A stretch of DNA of 64,000 nt from Macrostomum hystrix (Eukaryota > Animalia > Platyhelminthes). The notes under the pieces were generated by a model. The model was given only the letters and a program-made list of their open reading frames with translations. It was not told where the DNA came from and did no database searches. Numbering within the stretch: the stretch's first letter is position 1; every line of letters starts with the position of its first letter. Shown here one piece after another: positions 55,976 through 64,000 of the stretch. The position numbers were made by a program, and so were the translations under genes. Where the stretch lies: contig CATNEN010000003.1 of NCBI GenBank assembly GCA_950097015.1, positions 11,160,001 to 11,224,000 of the forward strand, written 5' to 3'.

Positions 55976-58789
55976 TTAAATATTGTCGATGTCCACATCA
56001 GAGTCGTTATTTTCTTCAACTTCCACTTTCTTCTGCTTCTGTTGCTGCTGCTGCTGCCGCTTACCGTTGACAACGGCGTTCTTCGGTTTGGCCTTCTCAA
56101 TTACCTTTTCTTCAACTCGTTCTTCTTCCTCGCTGCTAGACTCTTCATCGGCAGTCTTTAGCCAGGTGATAAACGGGTGAGCTAGTTCGTGTATCTGCTT
56201 GCTGAGCTTGCGATCTCCAGTGTAACGCTTTGTTGGCTGCGTAAACAAACAAATTTTAAAGGCACTTTTTTAACTTGGGCAAATTTTATAGTTCTATCTT
56301 CTAAAAAACAATATTTGATATGATATGAATTTTTGTCAGGACTCAAATTTATAAGATCATGCAGACTCATAGGCCTGGACACTTGTATTATGGCATTATT
56401 TCATCATGAATTTTTTAAGTCAGGCTGGGGATCTAGATGGATGGTGGGTCAGGCTGGGGATCTAGATGGATGGTGGGTCAGGCTGAGGATCTAGATGGAT
56501 GGTGGGTCAGGCTGGGGATCTAGATGGATGGTGGGTCAGGCTGAGGATCTAGATGGATGGTGGGTCAGGCTGAGGATCTAGATGGATGGTGGGTCAGGCT
56601 GGGGATCTAGATGGATGGTGGGTCAGGCTGAGGATCTAGATGGATGGTGGGTCAGGCTGAGGATCTAGATGGATGGTGGGTCAGGCTGGGGATCTAGATG
56701 GATGGTGGGTCAGGCTGAGGATCTAGATGGATGGTGGGTCAGGCTGAGGATCTAGATGGATGGTGGGTCAGGCTGGGGATCTAGATGGATGGTGGGTCAG
56801 GCTGAGGATCTAGATGGATGGTGGGTCAGGCTGAGGATCTAGATGGATGGTGGGTCAGGCTGGGGATCTAGATGGATGGTGGGTCAGGCTGAGGATCTAG
56901 ATGGATGGTGGGTCAGGCTGAGGATCTAGATGGATGGTGGGTCAGGCTGGGGATCTAGATGGATGGTGGGTCAGGCTGAGGATCTAGATGGATGGTGGGT
57001 CAGGCTGAGGATCTAGATGAATGATGGGTCAGGCTGTGGATCCAGATGGATGATGGGTCAGGCTGAGGATCTAGATGGATGGTGGGTCAGGCTGAGGATC
57101 TAGATAATTGATGGGTCAGGCTGGGGATCCAGATGGATGGTGGGTCAGGCTGAGGATCTAGATAATTGATGGGTCAGGCTGGGGATCCAGATGGAGGGTG
57201 GGTCAGGCTGAGATCTAGATGAATCGTGGTTTTCAGCTAAGGTTATTCAAACAGTACAGAATGCATGTTAATCGAGCCATGGGAAAAGAATACAATGTAA
57301 ACTAGCATACATTACGCAGCAGAAAAAACTACTTTCTCTTAAATCATGTTACATAGATGCGAAATTTTAGTGTGTTGTTAATTTTAGAGACGAAACTAGC
57401 GCAATCCAGTGAGGGGTGGTGCGCGTACGGTCTGCAAACTTCTATGAGAAGCACGTGACAGAGAGAACTGTCATTTCCGAAAAATCTATTTATAAACTGC
57501 TTTCAAAACATTGGAATGACGCTAAGTTGGCTAGTTATACAAATACAAGACGCAAGTTAGTAATAACCACTTATTATTGTCAGCTTTGGCTTCGCGTCAG
57601 CGTTGTTATAATATTATTTTCATATTTTTGCTAACAAATCAAGATATGGACCTACCGGACATACTGACAAAATATCTGGTAGATACTGCCTAAAAATGTT
57701 CTTGCCGCTCTATCTGGTAGAGTGATAATGGATCTGGTAGAGTGACACTAGAAACAACTCAAAGGATCTGGTAGAGTGACACTAGAAACACCTCAAAGGA
57801 TCTGGTAGAGTGACACTAGAAGCACCTCAAAGGATCTGGTAGAGTGACGCTAGAAACACCTCAAAGGATCTGGTAGAGTGACACTAGAAACACCTCAAAG
57901 GATCTGGTAGAGTGACACTAGAAACACCTCAAAGGATCTGGTAGAGTGACACTAAAAACATTTCAAAGGATCTGGTAGAGTGACACTAGAAACAACTCAA
58001 AGGATCTGGTAGAGTGACACTAGAAACAACTCAAAGGATCTGGTAGAGTGACACTAGAAACACCTCAAAGGATCTGGTAGAGTGACACTAGAAACAACTC
58101 AAAGGATCTGGTAGAGTGACACTAGAAACACCTCAAAGGATCTGGTAGAGTGACACTAGAAACAACTCAAAGGATCTGGTAGAGTGACACTAGAAACACC
58201 TCAAAGGATCTGGTAGAGTGACACTAGAAACACCTCAAAGGATCTGGTAAAGTGACACTAGAAACACTCAAAGGATCTGGTAGAGTGACACCCTTAATAC
58301 CTTTAGGTATCCGGTAGGTGCTAGCCAAAAAAACCCTAAATGACTTGCTAAATCGCTGCTAGAAAATAAAAAAGCATGGAAAAAACGCTAAGATTGGGCT
58401 ACAAACAGTTACAAGGAAAACTCACCCCTTTCTCGTCCCACTCAATGAGAGCTTCCTCAGACAGCAGATCGGCGTTGTAGAACGCATTCAACAAGTTTGG
58501 AATTCGCTTGGCATCTAGCAGGGCATCCTTGTAACGCTGCACCAACGACTCGACGGCGCCAATTAGATATTTCTGCGAGCGAACATTGCCGCTAGTGAAG
58601 GCTAGGAACACCGAACGATAGTTTTTGGTGATGTCAGCAACTAGAGTGCCAGGATTTGTTAGCAGCACTTCGGCGACAACAACAACAGCTTTGTCGCGAA
58701 TATCTAGACGATCGGCCTCTTGAACTAGTTCATGCGGTGTGGCGTTGGTGAACCCGGCAGCCAGCTTGTCAGATAGAAGCTTGTGGAAG
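55976..58789 (-). CDS. EIF5: Eukaryotic translation initiation factor 5, 3' exons (58789-58426, 56236-55976); 5' part lies beyond the window
   Basis: W2/HEAT domain: EADRLDIRDKA, FYNADLLSEEALIEW, PFITWLKTADEES, and terminal DVDIDNI. Junction is GT-AG phase 0. Confidence 0.88.
56419..57222. repeat. 29-bp minisatellite (GTCAGGCTG[A/G]GGATCTAGATGGATGGTGG)n with an 87-bp higher-order pattern
   Basis: G,A,A variant triplets recur. Confidence 0.95.
57730..58291. repeat. 34-bp minisatellite (GGATCTGGTAGAGTGACACTAGAAACACCTCAAA)n
   Basis: Tandem periodicity. Confidence 0.95.
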
Positions 58790-58835
58790 CTGGCGAAAGT
58801 TCATAAGGGGAATAGGTTTTATAAAGACAGCAGAA

Positions 58836-61800
58836 TGAAGGAGAGGGGGAGAATGCGATGAGAGGGGAATAGTGGAAGGAGAGAGGGAGAATGCGATGAG
58901 AGGGGAATAGTGGAAGGAGAGAGGGAGAATGCGATGAGAGGGGAATAGTTGAAGGAGAGGGGGAGAATGCGATGAGAGGGGAAGAGTGGAAGGAGAGGGG
59001 GAGAATGCGATGAGAGGGGAAGAGTGGAAGGAGAGGGGGAGAATGCGATGAGATGGGAATAGTGGAAGGAGAGGGGGAGAATGCGATGAGAGGGGAAGAG
59101 TGGATGGAGAGAGGGAGAATGCGATGAGAGGGGAAGAGTGGAAGGAGAGGGGGAGAATGCGATGAGAGGGGAAGAGTGGAAGGAGAGGGGGAGAATGCGA
59201 TGAGATGGGAATAGTGGAAGGAGAGGGGGAGAATGCGATGAGAGGGGAATAGTGGAAGGAGAGGGGGAGAATGCGATGAGAGGGGAAGAGTGGAAGGAGA
59301 GGGGGAGAATGCGATGAGAGGGGAAGAGTGGAAGGAGAGGGGGAGAATGCGATGAGATGGGAATAGTGGAAGGAGAGGGGGAGAATGCGATGAGAGGGGA
59401 AGAGTGGAAGGAGAGGGGGAGAATGCGATGAGAGGGGAATAGTGGAAGGAGAGGGGGAGAATGCGATGAGAGGGGAAGAGTGGAAGGAGAGGGGGAGAAT
59501 GCGATGAGATGGGAATAGTGGAAGGAGAGGGGGAGAATGCGATGAGAGGGGAAGAGTGGAAGGAGAGGGGGAGAATGGGATGAGAGGGGAAGAGTGGAAG
59601 GAGAGGGGGAGAATGGGATGAGAGGGGAAGAGTGGAAGGAGAGGGGGAGAATGCGATGAGAGGGGAAGAGTGGAAGGAGAGGGGGAGAATGCGATGAGAG
59701 GGGAAGAGTGGAAGGAGAGGGGGAGAATGCGATGAGAGGGGAAGAGTGGAAGGAGAGGGGGAGAATGCGATGAGATGGGAATAGTGGAAGGAGAGGGGGA
59801 GAATGCGATGAGAGGGGAAGAGTGGAAGGAGAGGGGGAGAATGGGATGAGAGGGGAAGAGTGGAAGGAGAGGGGGAGAATGGGATGAGAGGGGAAGAGTG
59901 GAAGGGGAGGGGGAGAATGCGATGAGAGGGGAATAGTGGAAGGAGAGGGGGAGAATGCGATGAGAGGGGAATAGTGGAAGGAGAGGGGGAGAATGCGATG
60001 AGAGGGGAAGAGTGGAAGGAGAGGGGGAGAATGCGATGAGAGGGGAAGAGTGGAAGGAGAGGGGGAGAATGCGATGAGAGGGGAAGAGTGGAAGGAGAGG
60101 GGGAGAATGCGATGAGATGGGAATAGTGGAAGGAGAGGGGGAGAATGCGATGAGAGGGGAAGAGTGGAAGGAGAGGGGGAGAATGGGATGAGAGGGGAAG
60201 AGTGGAAGGAGAGGGGGAGAATGGGATGAGAGGGGAAGAGTGGAAGGGGAGGGGGAGAATGCGATGAGAGGGGAATAGTGGAAGGAGAGGGGGAGAATGC
60301 GATGAGAGGGGAATAGTGGAAGGAGAGGGGGAGAATGCGATGAGAGGGGAAGAGTGGAAGGAGAGGAGAATGAGATGAGAGGGGAAGAGTGGAAGGAGAG
60401 GGGGAGAATGCGATGAGAGGGGAATAGTGGAAGGAGAGGGGGAGAATGCGATGAGAGGGGAAGAGTGGAAGGAGAGGGGGAGAATGCGATGAGAGGAGAA
60501 TAGTGGAAGGAGAGGAGAATGCGATGAGAGGGGAAGAGTGGAAGGAGAGGGGGAGAATGCGATGAGAGGGGAAGAGTGGAAGGAGAGGAGAATGAGATGA
60601 GAGGGGAATAGTGGAAGGAGAGGGGGAGAATGCGATGAGAGGGGAAGAGTGGAAGGAGAGGAGAATGCGATGAGAGGGGAAGAGTGGAAGGAGAGGGGGA
60701 GAATGCGATGAGGGGAAGAGTGGAAGGAGAGGGGGAGAATGCGATGAGAGGGGAAGAGTGGAAGGAGAGGGGGAGAATGCGATGAGAGGGGAATAGTGGA
60801 AGGAGAGGAGAATGAGATGAGAGGGGAATAGTGGAAGGAGAGGGGGAGAATGCGATGAGATGGGAATAGTGGAAGGAGAGGGGGAGAATGCGATGAGAGG
60901 CGAAGAGTGGAAGGAGAGGAGAATGAGATGAGAGGGGAATAGTGGAAGGAGAGGAGAATGAGATGAGAGGGGAATAGTGGAAGGAGAGGGGGAGAATGCG
61001 ATGAGAGGGGAAGAGTGGAAGGAGAGGAGAATGCGATGAGAGGGGAAGAGTGGAAGGAGAGGGGGAGAATGCGATGAGAGGGGAAGAGTGGAAGGAGAGG
61101 GGGAGAATGCGATGAGAGGGGAAGAGTGGAAGGAGAGGAGAATGAGATGAGAGGGGAATAGTGGAAGGAGAGGGGGAGAATGCGATGAGGGGAAGAGTGG
61201 AAGGAGAGGGGGAGAATGCGATGAGAGGGGAAGAGTGGAAGGAGAGGGGGAGAATGCGATGAGGGGAAGAGTGGAAGGAGAGGGGGAGAATGCGATGAGA
61301 GGGGAAGAGTGGAAGGAGAGGGGGAGAATGCGATGAGAGGGGAATAGTGGAAGGAGAGGAGAATGAGATGAGAGGGGAATAGTGGAAGGAGAGGGGGAGA
61401 ATGCGATGAGATGGGAATAGTGGAAGGAGAGGGGGAGAATGCGATGAGAGGCGAAGAGTGGAAGGAGAGGAGAATGAGATGAGAGGGGAATAGTGGAAGG
61501 AGAGGAGAATGAGATGAGAGGGGAATAGTGGAAGGAGAGGGGGAGAATGCGATGAGAGGGGAAGAGTGGAAGGAGAGGAGAATGCGATGAGAGGGGAAGA
61601 GTGGAAGGAGAGGGGGAGAATGCGATGAGAGGGGAAGAGTGGAAGGAGAGGGGGAGAATGCGATGAGAGGGGAAGAGTGGAAGGAGAGGAGAATGAGATG
61701 AGAGGGGAATAGTGGAAGGAGAGGGGGAGAATGCGATGAGAGGGGAAGAGTGGAAGGAGAGGGGGAGAATGCGATGAGAGGGGAATAGTGGAAGGAGAGG

Positions 61801-63990
61801 AGAATGAGATGAGAGGGGAATAGTGGAAGGAGAGGGGGAGAATGCGATGAGATGGGAATAGTGGAAGGAGAGGGGGAGAATGCGATGAGAGGGGAATAGT
61901 GGAAGGAGAGGGGGAGAATGCGATGAGAGGGGAAGAGTGGAAGGAGAGGGGGAGAATGCGATGAGAGGGGAAGAGTGGAAGGAGAGGGGGAGAATGCAAT
62001 GAGAGGGGAAGAGTGGAAGGAGAGGGGGAGAATGCGATGAGAGGGGAAGAGTGGAAGGAGAGGGGGAGAATGCGATGAGGGGAAGAGTGGAAGGAGAGGG
62101 GGAGAATGCGATGAGAGGGGAAGAGTGGAAGGAGAGGGGGAGAATGCGATGAGAGGGGAATAGTGGAAGGAGAGGAGAATGAGATGAGAGGGGAATAGTG
62201 GAAGGAGAGGGGGAGAATGCGATGAGATGGGAATAGTGGAAGGAGAGGGGGAGAATGCGATGAGAGGCGAAGAGTGGAAGGAGAGGGGGAGAATGCGATG
62301 AGAGGGGAAGAGTGGAAGGAGAGGGGGAGAATGCGATGAGAGGGGAAGAGTGGAAGGAGAGGGGGAGAATGCAATGAGAGGGGAAGAGTGGAAGGAGAGG
62401 GGAGAATGGGATGAGAGGGGAAGAGTGAAAGGAGAGGGGGAGACTGCGATGAGAGGGGAAGAGTGAAAGGAGAGGGGGAGAATGGGATGAGAGGGGAAGA
62501 GTGGAAGGAGAGGGGGAGAATGCGATGAGAGGCGAAGAGTGGAAGGAGAGGGGGAGAGAATGGGATGACAGGGGAAGAGTGGAAGGGGAGGGGGAGAATG
62601 CGATGAGAGGGGAATAGTGGAAGGAGAGGGGGAGAATGCGATGAGAGGGGAATAGTGGAAGGAGAGGGGGAGAATGCGATGAGAGGGGAATAGTGGAAGG
62701 AGAGGAGAATGAGATGAGAGGGGAATAGTGGAAGGAGAGGGGGAGAATGCGATGAGAGGGGAATAGTGGAAGGAGAGGGGGAGAATGCGATGAGAGGGGA
62801 AGAGTGGAAGGAGAGGAGAATGAGATGAGAGGGGAAGAGTGGAAGGAGAGGGGGAGAATGCGATGAGAGGGGAAGAGTGGAAGGAGAGGGGGAGAATGCG
62901 ATGAGAGGAGAATAGTGGAAGGAGAGGAGAATGCGATGAGAGGGGAAGAGTGGAAGGAGAGGGGGAGAATGCGATGAGAGGGGAAGAGTGGAAGGAGAGG
63001 GGGAGAATGCGATGAGAGGGGAAGAGTGGAAGGAGAGGAGAATGAGATGAGAGGGGAATAGTGGAAGGAGAGGGGGAGAATGCGATGAGGGGAAGAGTGG
63101 AAGGAGAGGGGGAGAATGCGATGAGGGGAAGAGTGGAAGGAGAGGGGGAGAATGCGATGAGAGGGGAAGAGTGGAAGGAGAGGGGGAGAATGCGATGAGA
63201 GGGGAATAGTGGAAGGAGAGGAGAATGAGATGAGAGGGGAATAGTGGAAGGAGAGGGGGAGAATGCGATGAGAGGGGAAGAGTGGAAGGAGAGGAGAATG
63301 AGATGAGAGGGGAATAGTGGAAGGAGAGGGGGAGAATGCGATGAGAGGGGAATAGTGGAAGGAGAGGAGAATGAGATGAGAGGGGAATAGTGGAAGGAGA
63401 GGGGGAGAATGCGATGAGAGGGGAAGAGTGGAAGGAGAGGGGGAGAATGAGATGAGAGGGGAAGAGTGGAAGGAGAGGGGGAGAATGCGATGAGAGGGGA
63501 AGAGTGGAAGGAGAGGGGGAGAATGCGATGAGAGGGGAAGAGTGGAAGGAGAGGGGGAGAATGCGATGAGAGGGGAATAGTGGAAGGAGAGGGGGAGAAT
63601 GCGATGAGAGGGGAAGAGTGGAAGGAGAGGGGGAGAATGCGATGAGAGGGGAAGAGTGGAAGGAGAGGGGGAGAATGCGATGAGATGGGAATAGTGGAAG
63701 GAGAGGGGGAGAATGGGATGAGAGGGGAAGAGTGGAAGGAGAGGGGGAGAATGCGATGAGAGGCGAAGAGTGGAAGGAGAGGGGAGAGAATGGGATGACA
63801 GGGGAAGAGTGGAAGGAGAGGGGGAGAATGCGATGAGATGGGAATAGTGGAAGGAGAGGGGGAGAATGGGATGAGAGGGGAAGAGTGGAAGGAGAGGGGG
63901 AGAATGCGATGAGAGGCGAAGAGTGGAAGGAGAGGGGAGAGAATGGGATGACAGGGGAAGAGTGGAAGGGGAGGGGGAGAATGGGATGAT
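58836..63990. repeat. 5.1-kb purine-rich 38-bp satellite (GAGAGGGGGAGAATGCGATGAGAGGGGAAGAGTGGAAG)n in an eIF5 intron
   Basis: 38-bp period with 35/36-bp deletion variants. It explains the 1201-aa and 1724-aa ORFs. Confidence 0.97.
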
Positions 63991-64000
63991 CAAGATGTGT

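Noticed and set aside
58769-63993. 1201-aa and 1724-aa Pro/Ser/Leu ORFs
   Set aside because: Translation of the pyrimidine strand of a 38-bp satellite.

Overview
This is intron-rich metazoan genomic DNA. Gene content and minisatellite-packed introns suggest an invertebrate, possibly a flatworm such as Macrostomum (inference only). The prokaryote-style ORF track fragments the real genes, and many of its long ORFs are tandem-repeat artefacts. Splice-site and phase reading gives five host loci: (1) a minus-strand 5-exon model (25131-6419, 1763 aa) joining ~14 ankyrin repeats to TWO tandem Mab-21/cGAS-like receptor (cGLR) domains, the second lacking the third catalytic Asp; (2) a 13-exon macroglobulin complement-related (Mcr/TEP) gene (43701-29808, minus); (3) an SLC46-type MFS transporter (+) with a nested antisense PAN-domain gene or pseudogene; (4) FOPNL/CEP20; (5) the 3' exons of eIF5. 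Mobile DNA comprises an RTE-like LINE, a deleted Tc1 element, a hAT MITE, two SINE families and a Penelope-type hammerhead inverted repeat. The standout is a 6.56-kb Jockey/I-like LINE (12878-19439, minus, 17-bp TSD) in intron 2 of the cGLR gene. Its ORF1 carries an intact AlkB 2OG-Fe(II) dioxygenase domain, and its 5' end is a near-complete U5 snRNA copy.
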